Below are positions 10,790 through 19,348 of a stretch of DNA of 64,000 nt, piece after piece. The first letter of the stretch is position 1, and the number at the start of each line of letters is the position of its first letter. Made by a program: the position numbers and the translations under genes. The notes under the pieces were generated by a model. The model saw only the letters and a program-made list of their open reading frames with translations, had not been told where the DNA came from and searched no databases. Source of the DNA: an uncultured Bacilli bacterium (GTDB lineage Bacteria > Bacillota_I > Bacilli_A > ML615J-28 > CAG-313); the NCBI GenBank assembly GCA_947591495.1, contig CANQDG010000005.1, forward strand, positions 3,387 through 67,386, in the 5' to 3' direction.

Positions 10790-10817
10790 ACAAGTTGATT
10801 GAACTTTTCATATACTT
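10790..10817 (+). promoter_or_regulatory. Candidate mother-cell sigma (sigmaK/sigmaE-type) promoter of cotE
   Basis: AC-N17-CATATACTT lies 20 nt upstream of the cotE ATG and resembles the remembered sigmaK consensus AC-N16/17-CATAnnnTA. Pattern match only. Confidence 0.3.
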
Positions 10818-10836
10818 TAATTGAGGAGGGATATAG

Positions 10837-11349
10837 ATGAGTGAAGTTCGTGAGATTGTTACTAGAGCCGTACTTGCAAAGGGTCGTAAAACATTTAAAA
10901 TCTGTGAAACGATAACTCCCGATAATCCACCATACAGTGTTTTAGGTTGTTGGGTAATTAATCATGAATTTGAGGCTACTCAAAATGAAAAACAAGTGGA
11001 TTTATTTGGAAACTTTGAAATCAATATTTGGTATGCATTTAATAATAATACCCAGACCGAAATTGCCCGCGCTAAAACTACTTATCAAGGCGTCATTAAA
11101 GTAAGAGATATTGTTTGTGATGAAACAACTGATCATAGTGATGTTATAGTTAGAATATTGCAACAACCTACTTGTACTAACGCTTGTATTAAAGATGGTA
11201 ATATTGAGGTCGAAGTTGTATTTGACGCACTTGCTGAAATTATCGGTGAAACCAAGATGATGGTGAACGTATATAATTGTAATGATACATTTGATACCAT
11301 CGATAATTTGGAAAATGAAATTAATGAAGATTTCATTAATGAAAACTAA
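10837..11349 (+). CDS. cotE: Outer spore coat morphogenetic protein CotE
   Basis: N-terminus MSEVREIVTRAVLAKGRKTF...SVLGCWVINHEF closely parallels the remembered B. subtilis CotE start (MSEYREIITKAVVAKGRKF...). VRILQQPTC and EIIGETKMMV segments plus an acidic C-tail. Confidence 0.85.
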   Translation: MSEVREIVTRAVLAKGRKTFKICETITPDNPPYSVLGCWVINHEFEATQNEKQVDLFGNFEINIWYAFNNNTQTEIARAKTTYQGVIKVRDIVCDETTDHSDVIVRILQQPTCTNACIKDGNIEVEVVFDALAEIIGETKMMVNVYNCNDTFDTIDNLENEINEDFINEN

Positions 11350-11382
11350 AAATCGTTGGTGTCCAACGATTTTTTTTAGGAA

Positions 11383-11871
11383 GTGAAAAATTTGAATACT
11401 CATATTGTTAGAGTGGATGAAAAAATTGAAAAGATTGCTAGCATTTATAATTTAACAACTGATGAAATAATCAAAATTAATCATCATATTAGAGATTGGG
11501 ATCATTTAATTCCTGGCACTAAATTAAGATTACCCGAAATTCCTGAAATAATTCAAACTGAATTAGACAATACGGAACCCTTTATTGAAGAATATTATCC
11601 TAAAATTGAACTAAATGAATACCTTCAAACGCATAATGAACAAGAAATCCTTTCTAATGTTAATCAACCATTGGAACAAAATTTAGATGATAATGCTTCG
11701 GCGAAAATGCCTAATAATGATGCTACTATTAATAAACCTAAAAAATATCCAACTTATAATCCATACTATTACAATAATATGTCTAATCCCTATTATGGTT
11801 ATCATCCTAATTATTATTATAATTATTACCAAAGGCTTCGGAAAAAAAATAATAAAAAGCCCAAAGTTTAA
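11383..11871 (+). CDS. LysM-domain protein with a Tyr/Asn/Pro-rich tail (SafA-like spore coat assembly candidate)
   Basis: GTG start. N-terminal LysM (HIVRVDEKIEKIASIYNLTTDEIIKINH...GTKLRLPE). C-terminal YNPYYYNNMSNPYYGYHPNYYYNYY low-complexity tail. Adjacent to cotE. Confidence 0.7.
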   Translation: MKNLNTHIVRVDEKIEKIASIYNLTTDEIIKINHHIRDWDHLIPGTKLRLPEIPEIIQTELDNTEPFIEEYYPKIELNEYLQTHNEQEILSNVNQPLEQNLDDNASAKMPNNDATINKPKKYPTYNPYYYNNMSNPYYGYHPNYYYNYYQRLRKKNNKKPKV

Positions 11872-11988
11872 ATTATTTAATCATTAGCCCTAAATTAGTA
11901 AAAGTAAAATTATTAATTTAGGACTTTTTTATTTACCAACAATTCAACTTATGATATAATTTTAATGTAAAATTGAGAGGTAAAAAAG

Positions 11989-12882
11989 ATGTATAATGAT
12001 TTTCGTGAATTAAAAACTGATAATTTAAAAGACGCAAACGTTCTTTTAGGCAGTGCTATTTATGATCTTGGTTGCTCATGTGGTAGTGGTACAAGTTTAG
12101 CCCCTAAAAAGTTAAAAGACCTTTCAAAATATTTACCACCTTTTGATGCTAATTTTCATAATCTTGAAAAAGTTAAAATCTATGATTATTGTGAGGTTAA
12201 GCCAACTAAACAGAGGGACTTTTATGATGATTTAGAAAAGCAAGCAACTTCAATGTTACAACATAATAAATTTATGCTTTTTTTGGGTGGTGATCATTCC
12301 ATCAGTATTCCCCTTGAAAAAGCTTTCTATCATAAATATCATAATTTAGGTTTAACCCCTGTTATTATTCATATTGATGCTCATATGGATATTTTAGATG
12401 AATATATGGGTAGCAACATGAGCCATGCTTGTCCTAATCGGCGCGCGATTGATCATGGTTATTTAGCTAAAGACATTCATATGGTAGGAATTCGTAGTTA
12501 TGAAAAAGGTGAAGTAGAATTCAAAGAAAAACATCCGGAATTAGATGTTTTTACGGCTGATCTATTTAGAGAGTTAGGTCCTAAAGAAATTGTTAAAAGA
12601 ATTAAAGAAGCCCATGATGAAAAGGCCGTTTATTATGTATCATTTGATATTGATGCGATTGATCCTGCTTATGCACCAGGCACAGGAACTCCTGAAAGTT
12701 TTGGCCTTACTCCACTTGAAATGCGCTCCTTTTTAAAAGAAGTCTTTCTTAATTTAAATGTTCAAGCAATGGATTTAGTTGAAATATCACCTAGCCTTGA
12801 TATCAATGATATTACTTCTTGGTTAGGATTAAAATTATTATATGAAGTATTTTATTATAAATTTGTGAGGAATGAAAAATAA
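11989..12882 (+). CDS. speB: Agmatinase / ureohydrolase-family enzyme
   Basis: Mn-binding motifs of the arginase family: GGDHSISIP, IHIDAHMDI, SFDIDAIDPAYAPGTGTPE. Confidence 0.85.
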   Translation: MYNDFRELKTDNLKDANVLLGSAIYDLGCSCGSGTSLAPKKLKDLSKYLPPFDANFHNLEKVKIYDYCEVKPTKQRDFYDDLEKQATSMLQHNKFMLFLGGDHSISIPLEKAFYHKYHNLGLTPVIIHIDAHMDILDEYMGSNMSHACPNRRAIDHGYLAKDIHMVGIRSYEKGEVEFKEKHPELDVFTADLFRELGPKEIVKRIKEAHDEKAVYYVSFDIDAIDPAYAPGTGTPESFGLTPLEMRSFLKEVFLNLNVQAMDLVEISPSLDINDITSWLGLKLLYEVFYYKFVRNEK

Positions 12883-13679
12883 TGAGACATGCAATGATTG
12901 ATTGTTATGGCTGTAAAAACCATAATTTAGAAAATTTAGTTTATATTAACGATACCTTAAATAAATTAGCATATCATTTAGGTCTAGAACCAATTGCTAA
13001 TCCCTATTTAATTCCTTATTATTATGGAAGAGTTAAAGAAGATATTGGTGTAAGTGCTTTTTTACTTTTAAAAGGCGGACATATTACCATTCATACTTTT
13101 CCTTTAAGAGAGTGTTATTTCTTAGATGCTTTTTCCACAACTAATTTTGATGAAAAACTCTTAGCCGATATGCTTGAAGCATTACTACCATATAATCGTA
13201 AAATGTCAACTTTTTCTTGTAGTTCTAGACGTAAATTTACTAATATTGAGTTACCATTTGATCCTAATAACAATTTTGGTCCTCACTGTCTTGCTACAAT
13301 TAAAATGAACAAAGAGTTAACAATGGATGAATGCTATAACTTCTTAGATGAATTTGTGTATCGAATTAATATGGATCCGATTACAAGACCATATGTTATT
13401 AAAAATAAAGTTCAAGATGCTAATTATTTATCAGGCATTATCATTATTGCGCAAAGCCACATTTCAATTCATTATGATTATAAGAGTAAACTTGCTTACT
13501 TTGATATTTTCTCTTGTGCTGCTTTTGATTATTCTAAAGTGGAAGAATTACTAAAAAGTTTAGGTTCAGTTATTTCCAATGAATTAGTAGTAAGAGGAAC
13601 TAAACATAAATCAAATACAATGATTGAACCAGAACCGCTTAAAGAAATATCATCATTGTGGCAAAAACATATTAAATAA
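12882..13679 (+). CDS. Tandem-duplicated AdoMetDC-fold (SpeD/SpeH-like) pyruvoyl-enzyme homologue
   Basis: Two ~130-aa halves each match the class-1 AdoMetDC layout. Half 1 is LLLKGGHITIHTFP...FLDAFS (Glu-Ser site replaced by Gly-Gly). Half 2 is IIIAQSHISIHY...FDIFSC (Gln-Ser). ATG overlaps the agmatinase stop (TAATG). Confidence 0.7.
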   Translation: MRHAMIDCYGCKNHNLENLVYINDTLNKLAYHLGLEPIANPYLIPYYYGRVKEDIGVSAFLLLKGGHITIHTFPLRECYFLDAFSTTNFDEKLLADMLEALLPYNRKMSTFSCSSRRKFTNIELPFDPNNNFGPHCLATIKMNKELTMDECYNFLDEFVYRINMDPITRPYVIKNKVQDANYLSGIIIIAQSHISIHYDYKSKLAYFDIFSCAAFDYSKVEELLKSLGSVISNELVVRGTKHKSNTMIEPEPLKEISSLWQKHIK

Positions 13680-13755
13680 GAGTAGAATAATTAAACGTAA
13701 AAGATGTTATAATAAAAGAAGAGATTGAAATTATAAAAGAAATTAGGTGATAATT

Positions 13756-15195
13756 ATGAGAAAAAGTTATTTGTTACTCATTTCCTTAATAATGCTTTTT
13801 AGTTTTACAGGATGCAAAAAAAAGCAAGGTCAATTTAAAACGTTAGAACAAATTAGAGAAGATGTTAATTCCTTTGATGTCATTATGGATTATAATGGAA
13901 TCGTCTTTGAATTAATTAAAACGTCTCAAGGCTATTATTATGCTTTTGATGAAAAAAAGCTTGCTATTTATTATGATCAAAAGACTAATCAATCATATCA
14001 AATTGACAATTCCCAAAAACAAAAATTATTATTAATGGATAACTATGATTTTAGTGATCCCCTAGAAGATGTTTATTATGTTTTAACAAGACATTTAAGT
14101 GATCCTAAAATTGCCTATTTTAAGACGCGTAAATCAACTTATTTAAATCGTGATATTACGGAATATTATGATGAAAAAAATAATCTTAAACAATATTATT
14201 ATCTTGATGATGAAACCGGTGCTTGTCTTTATTTTCACATTGTAAATGATAGTAGTGATATCGTTTGTAAAGTTAATCAATTTAAGTTAGGAAACAATTT
14301 CCTTGATCAATTTGCTACCTACACCGCTGTTGAAACGGCTAATAAGGCTAATTTAAAATCAACTACTGAGGTAAGAAAACATTTTACAACATATGATTTA
14401 ACCATTAAGTATAATAAACAAAACATTCATTTAATTAAAGATCAACAAGGCCTATTCTTATCAACTGATAGTAATGATCAAACTTTGCTATATAGTATTA
14501 CGGAAGACAAATGGTATACGGTTGATTTAGTTAATCAAACAAGAAGTTTATATGAAACAAATGGCAATGATCCAAGTGCTTTAGAACAACAAATTTTAGA
14601 TTTAATTACTAATTATCAAGCCAATATTGATGAAAACTTTTATGAAATAAAAAATCAAACTTATTTAGATTATCAAGATGTTAGTTTATACACGAAAAGA
14701 TTTTTGATTAAGAATGATTTATATATGCAAAATTATCTAATTGATAACCAAACAGGTATTTGTTTAAGCATTGAAATAAGCAATCCTACTGCGAGCATAT
14801 CTTTAAATATTATTGATTTTAAACAAGTAGGTGATGTAAGTTTATACTTAAATTATCCAGTTAAAAAGTTGCCTTATACTAGTTGGCCTAAGGATCATCC
14901 TTATTTAGAAGGACTTGAAGAAATTAGAGGTGGAAGTTTTTACGTAGCCTATGAAGATAATGATAATTTAATCATTGAATATCGTAATTTTACAAGTTCT
15001 TTATTTGATCAAGCCCTTAATCAATTTAAAAGGGCAGGATTTACCAATGATGTTAGTGAAAATAAAGATGTTCAAAGTGGCGGCCGTATTTATACTTATT
15101 ATATTTATAATGCCACAAGTAGTAATGGTTTAATGCTCAAAATGGAATATTATAGTGATGGCGTTTTTCGCATAACTTTAGGATATTCATTATAA
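13756..15195 (+). CDS. Hypothetical lipoprotein with internal duplication
   Basis: ATG at 13756 after SD AGGTGA. Lipobox FSFTGC. Two related ~170-aa halves (..YYLDDETGACLYFHIVN.. versus ..NYLIDNQTGICLSIEISN..). Confidence 0.6.
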   Translation: MRKSYLLLISLIMLFSFTGCKKKQGQFKTLEQIREDVNSFDVIMDYNGIVFELIKTSQGYYYAFDEKKLAIYYDQKTNQSYQIDNSQKQKLLLMDNYDFSDPLEDVYYVLTRHLSDPKIAYFKTRKSTYLNRDITEYYDEKNNLKQYYYLDDETGACLYFHIVNDSSDIVCKVNQFKLGNNFLDQFATYTAVETANKANLKSTTEVRKHFTTYDLTIKYNKQNIHLIKDQQGLFLSTDSNDQTLLYSITEDKWYTVDLVNQTRSLYETNGNDPSALEQQILDLITNYQANIDENFYEIKNQTYLDYQDVSLYTKRFLIKNDLYMQNYLIDNQTGICLSIEISNPTASISLNIIDFKQVGDVSLYLNYPVKKLPYTSWPKDHPYLEGLEEIRGGSFYVAYEDNDNLIIEYRNFTSSLFDQALNQFKRAGFTNDVSENKDVQSGGRIYTYYIYNATSSNGLMLKMEYYSDGVFRITLGYSL

Positions 15196-15207
15196 AAGAT
15201 GTTTGTT

Positions 15208-15275
15208 AAAATGAACCCCAATTGTTAAACAAAACTTTGATATGCCAAAGTTTAACAAAGAGGGTTCATTTTTTA
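15208..15275 (+). terminator. Long hairpin terminator
   Basis: AATGAACCC..TTGTTAAAC..ACTTTG pairs with CAAAGTTTAACAA..GGGTTCATT, followed by T5. Confidence 0.6.
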
Positions 15276-15324
15276 TGATTTATTGCAAAAGATAACAAGA
15301 AATATGACAATCTTTTTTATTTGC

Positions 15325-15353
15325 TTGAAAGAAAAAAAAGGATATGATAAAAT
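15325..15353 (+). promoter_or_regulatory. SigmaA-like promoter of the methyltransferase gene
   Basis: TTGAAA-17 nt-TAAAAT, 22 nt upstream of the ATG at 15376. Confidence 0.45.
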
Positions 15354-15375
15354 ATCAAATAGATGAGGTAAAATT

Positions 15376-18018
15376 ATGAGTGTAATGGATCATGATACAT
15401 TTATTGCTAAACTTCGAAGTAAATTATGTCAATCATTAAAACAAAAAAAGTTAGTAACTAAGTGGTTTGAAAGAATTATTACAATTGAATATTTAATTGC
15501 AAGAAAACTAGTTGAACAAGTTGATTATCGTAAAGATACGATATTAAAACTTTGCAAGTGGGAAAATCAAGTATTTAAAGGTATTTTCGAAAATAATCTT
15601 GATGAGCTAGCAAGTAATTATCCGACTAATTTTTATGATGAAGAAATGATTACGTTACTAAAAACATATATCAACGAAAAAACTCCAATTGAAGAAATTA
15701 GTAATTTTCAAGAAGATTTTAAAGATCATGAACGTTATACAGATTTAACTTATGATAATCGCAATTTACAAACAATTATTACAAAAGATAATATTGGAGC
15801 TGTTACCCAAATCTTTACACCCCCTTTTGTTGCTAAATGGATGGTTAGCCATGCTATGGATAGTAATAGCCAAGCTTTTTTGCATTATAAAGTTTTAGAT
15901 CCATGCCTTGGAACAGGCCAATTATTACTAGAAGTAACAGACCTCTTATTAGCAAAATATCAACTAGATAAAAAGATTAATCTAAAAAAAACAATTCAAA
16001 AAATTTACCATGAACAGCTTTATGGCTTTGATATAGATGAAAGCGTAATTGTTTTTGCTAAATTCTTGTTTGTAATGAAAGCTTGGGAAAAATGTCCAAC
16101 TTATTTAGATGATGAAGTTATCATTCCTAATTTTATTTGTTTAAAAAAACAACCAACAATTAAACAATTAGAAGATGTTTTTAGCAATATTGAGTTAGTT
16201 GGAAGTTTAGTGCGGGTGCCTGATCTTGATTATGATGCTATTTTAAAAAGCGTCCAAGATGAGGTAAAGCCATCAATCATAACTTGTCAAATGCTTAAGC
16301 AAAAATATGATTTAGTCATAACTAACCCACCTTATATGGGAAGAAAAGTGTTACCTGATTTTTTATTACAATATTTGAATCAACATTTTATTTATGGCAA
16401 ATCAGAGCTCTATACCGCTTTTATTGAAAGATGTTTAGAATATTTAGCACCAAATGGTAAATTAGCAATGCTAACTTTACATACTTGGATGTTTATTAAA
16501 TCTTTTTCTGCTTTAAGAAAGCATCTACTTACTGCTTTTCAAATCAAAGAAGTATTACATTTAGGGAAAAATACTTTTGCAAACTTAAATGCTTATAATG
16601 CACTAGCTTGTAGCTTTATTATTGAAAATAAGGCTAAAACTACGTTAAGTAGATTTGTTCGCTTAACTGAATATGATGATATTAATCAAAAAGAAGTAGG
16701 TTATCAAGATTTAAAAAATCATTATCTAATTGATCAAAAACAGTTCTTATACCTTGATAATTGTCCATTTATTTATTGGTTAAATGATCATGAAATGACC
16801 ATTTTACAAAAAAGTCCAAAACTTGGCTCATTGGCCAATATTAGGCAAGGTCTAGCAACCGGCAATAATAAAGAATATTTACGTTTATGGTATGAAGTTG
16901 ATCCAAGCGAGATTAGTTTTCATAGTAAGTCGCTGGCGGAATTTTTTCAAACAAAGAAAAAATATGCCCCATATAATAAAGGTGGTAGTCAAACTAAATG
17001 GTATAAAACGAGTAAAACTGTAATTAAATTTGATCAAACATCATTTAATCAATTACAAAAGCAAGGTAATCACTTACCATCTAAAGAATATTATTTTCAA
17101 GAAGGCATAACATGGTCACTTTTTGGTTTTAATAGTTTTAATGTGTGCTATAAAGAAAATGGTTATGTTTTTGATGTTTCAGGTTCAACAATGTTTGTTA
17201 AAAAACCTTGGGAAAAATATATTCTTGCTTATTTATCAAGTAATGTCGCTTTTTTCTTCTTATCCGCCATAGCCCCTACAGTAAATTTCCAAGTAGGTAA
17301 TCTTGCTAGCCTACCGGTTATTATTGATGAAAAGAAAGTGGTTGAAATTAACAAAATTGTCGATAGTTTAATTGATACATCACGCTATTTAGATGCCCAA
17401 GATGAATTATCTTGGAATTATCAAGCTAATGAAATTTATCAAAATTATCAAAGCAGTTTAACATTAGCCAAAAATTGTCAAATTTATTTAACAAAAAGGC
17501 AAAATCTTGCCCAATTAATTTATACAAATGAACAAACTATTAATCAAATTTTTCAAGAAATTTATCAAATTAATTTACCAAGTGCCACGCCTAAATTAAT
17601 TAAAACGCCAACTTATAAAGAATTAGTTACTGACCTTTTATCTTATTTAGTCGGTGTTGTCTTTGGTCGCTATCCTTTAGATAATTATCAAATAGGAATA
17701 AACAATGAAGAATTTATTGATGTTGCCCTATTAACTAGTAAAGTTGAAGAATTAATCGTGACTAAAATGAATTATCAAGCCCTTGAAGAAATGGAAAAAC
17801 TTTTACAAATGAATTTAAAGAGTTATTTTACTAATCATTTTGGTCGCTTACACATTAAACACTATCATGATGTGCCAATTTATTGGTATAAAGAAATCCA
17901 ACATAAAATGTTTATCGGTTATTATCATACATTAAAAAAAGATGTTATAATTGATAAAAACCAAACCATCAAAGAAAATTATTTAAAAAATAATTTATTT
18001 TATCATCTAAAGCGTTAA
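15376..18018 (+). CDS. Large stand-alone N6-adenine DNA methyltransferase, PglX/Eco57I-like (gamma class)
   Basis: QIFTPPFVAKWMV, SAM motif VLDPCLGTGQLL, LYGFDIDE, catalytic LVITNPPYMG. C-terminal IRQGLATGNNKEYLRLWYEV resembles the PglX/MmeI-family region. 880 aa. Confidence 0.85.
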   Translation: MSVMDHDTFIAKLRSKLCQSLKQKKLVTKWFERIITIEYLIARKLVEQVDYRKDTILKLCKWENQVFKGIFENNLDELASNYPTNFYDEEMITLLKTYINEKTPIEEISNFQEDFKDHERYTDLTYDNRNLQTIITKDNIGAVTQIFTPPFVAKWMVSHAMDSNSQAFLHYKVLDPCLGTGQLLLEVTDLLLAKYQLDKKINLKKTIQKIYHEQLYGFDIDESVIVFAKFLFVMKAWEKCPTYLDDEVIIPNFICLKKQPTIKQLEDVFSNIELVGSLVRVPDLDYDAILKSVQDEVKPSIITCQMLKQKYDLVITNPPYMGRKVLPDFLLQYLNQHFIYGKSELYTAFIERCLEYLAPNGKLAMLTLHTWMFIKSFSALRKHLLTAFQIKEVLHLGKNTFANLNAYNALACSFIIENKAKTTLSRFVRLTEYDDINQKEVGYQDLKNHYLIDQKQFLYLDNCPFIYWLNDHEMTILQKSPKLGSLANIRQGLATGNNKEYLRLWYEVDPSEISFHSKSLAEFFQTKKKYAPYNKGGSQTKWYKTSKTVIKFDQTSFNQLQKQGNHLPSKEYYFQEGITWSLFGFNSFNVCYKENGYVFDVSGSTMFVKKPWEKYILAYLSSNVAFFFLSAIAPTVNFQVGNLASLPVIIDEKKVVEINKIVDSLIDTSRYLDAQDELSWNYQANEIYQNYQSSLTLAKNCQIYLTKRQNLAQLIYTNEQTINQIFQEIYQINLPSATPKLIKTPTYKELVTDLLSYLVGVVFGRYPLDNYQIGINNEEFIDVALLTSKVEELIVTKMNYQALEEMEKLLQMNLKSYFTNHFGRLHIKHYHDVPIYWYKEIQHKMFIGYYHTLKKDVIIDKNQTIKENYLKNNLFYHLKR

Positions 18019-18052
18019 AAAAGGCAGTTTTTATTTTGAAACTGTCTTTTTT
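18019..18052 (+). terminator. Intrinsic terminator after the methyltransferase
   Basis: AAAAGGCAGTTT / AAACTGTCTTTT stem followed by a T-run. Confidence 0.65.
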
Positions 18053-18090
18053 ATTTGATTGCACAAAAAAGTATTTAATAATTTAAAACT

Positions 18091-18115
18091 AAAAAAAAGC
18101 GTCAAGACGCTTTTT
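18091..18115. terminator. Bidirectional terminator (serves the minus-strand Pro/Tyr-rich gene)
   Basis: A8, AGCGTC-AA-GACGCT, T5. Confidence 0.6.
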
Positions 18116-18149
18116 ACTAATCAAAAATGATTTAATTTATCAATATATA

Positions 18150-18392
18150 TTATGTAAACTTTGTTACAGGATAGGGGTATGGATAAGGATACGGATATGG
18201 TTGGGGATAAGGTTGAGGGTAAGGCTGAGGATATGGTTGGATATATTGTGGAGGATAATTTTGATTATTGCAACAATTGTTATTGCGGCCGCCTAACCAA
18301 AAAGGGGCAGTAATAATGACAGCTCCTGCTAATAAGGGAATCCAAAGTCTAGCTTGATTTTGATATGGTAAATAGCGATAATACATACGCAC
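18150..18392 (-). CDS. Small membrane-anchored Pro/Tyr-repeat protein (80 aa)
   Basis: SD GGAAGGAG 8 nt before the ATG. One TM helix (LWIPLLAGAVIITAPFWLGG), CCNN, then (PYPQ)n(PY)n: QPYPQPYPQPYPQPYPYPYPYPYP. Confidence 0.6.
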   Translation of the reverse strand: MRMYYRYLPYQNQARLWIPLLAGAVIITAPFWLGGRNNNCCNNQNYPPQYIQPYPQPYPQPYPQPYPYPYPYPYPVTKFT

Positions 18393-18436
18393 GGCTCCTT
18401 CCTAATGTATAATATGAAAAAAGTCACTAAGATGTG

Positions 18437-19240
18437 CTATTTTAATTCAACATACATATAAATATATTCTTCTAAACTTAAATGATTTTGATAAATGGTA
18501 GTAGCTATTTCTTGACCGACATAACGATAATGCCACCCTTCAGCAGGATAATGGGTTAATGCTTCTTTATCGCTTTGATAGCGCTCAATAAAACCATATT
18601 CATGTGCATGCTGCTTTAAAAAAAGGTATTCTTTCGTTTCCATAAAATAAGATGTTAATCCCGTATCAAGGGTAGCAATATCTAAAGCATCACCAGTTTG
18701 ATGTTCAGAATAACCAGCTGGTGCTACGAAACTAGGATCTTTAGCATTATTGTAAAGGGCTTTTTGTTTAGTAAAACTGCGATAAGCCGAAAATACCACA
18801 AGATTTAAACCTTGCTTACTGGCATCATCAAACATTTTGGTCGCCATTTTAAGTACATTTTTGTTAATTAACATTGTTTCATTTTTACGATTAATTTTAT
18901 TAATTGTTACGGGAACTAAATCTTGGGGAATATAAGTTTTTTCTAAATAGTAATTTTTATTAACAAAATATCCTTCGCCAAAATTAAAACTTTTGATACT
19001 TGATGTTAATTCAAAAAAAGTAGGATAATTAACCTTATTTAAAGATAAAATAACATTATGGTTAATTTGATATTCTTGATAATATAAATCATATAAATCA
19101 TCATTATAACTTTGATAATTACTAATTAAATTTTTAAAATCTTCATCCATAATTTTAAGGGTGCTTTGCGTTTTTTTACAAGCTGAAACCAAAAAAAGTA
19201 GACTCAAAAATTCGCCTAGGAAAAATAATTTTTTAAACAT
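18437..19240 (-). CDS. D-alanyl-D-alanine carboxypeptidase, VanY/peptidase M15B family lipoprotein
   Basis: Lipobox LVSAC. Zn-peptidase motifs SEHQTGDALD and EGWHYRYVG. Confidence 0.85.
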   Translation of the reverse strand: MFKKLFFLGEFLSLLFLVSACKKTQSTLKIMDEDFKNLISNYQSYNDDLYDLYYQEYQINHNVILSLNKVNYPTFFELTSSIKSFNFGEGYFVNKNYYLEKTYIPQDLVPVTINKINRKNETMLINKNVLKMATKMFDDASKQGLNLVVFSAYRSFTKQKALYNNAKDPSFVAPAGYSEHQTGDALDIATLDTGLTSYFMETKEYLFLKQHAHEYGFIERYQSDKEALTHYPAEGWHYRYVGQEIATTIYQNHLSLEEYIYMYVELK

Positions 19241-19348
19241 TTAATCACCAAAAATATTATGGATGAAAAAAAATACTAATATTCGATATTTTTTTATCAA
19301 TTTGTGGTAAAATAAAAATAGAAAAAACAATTATATGAGGTATTTGCA

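Noticed and set aside
11002-11403. 133-aa and 67-aa minus-strand ORFs opposite cotE
   Set aside because: They are antisense to a clearly recognisable CotE, with no SD or motifs.
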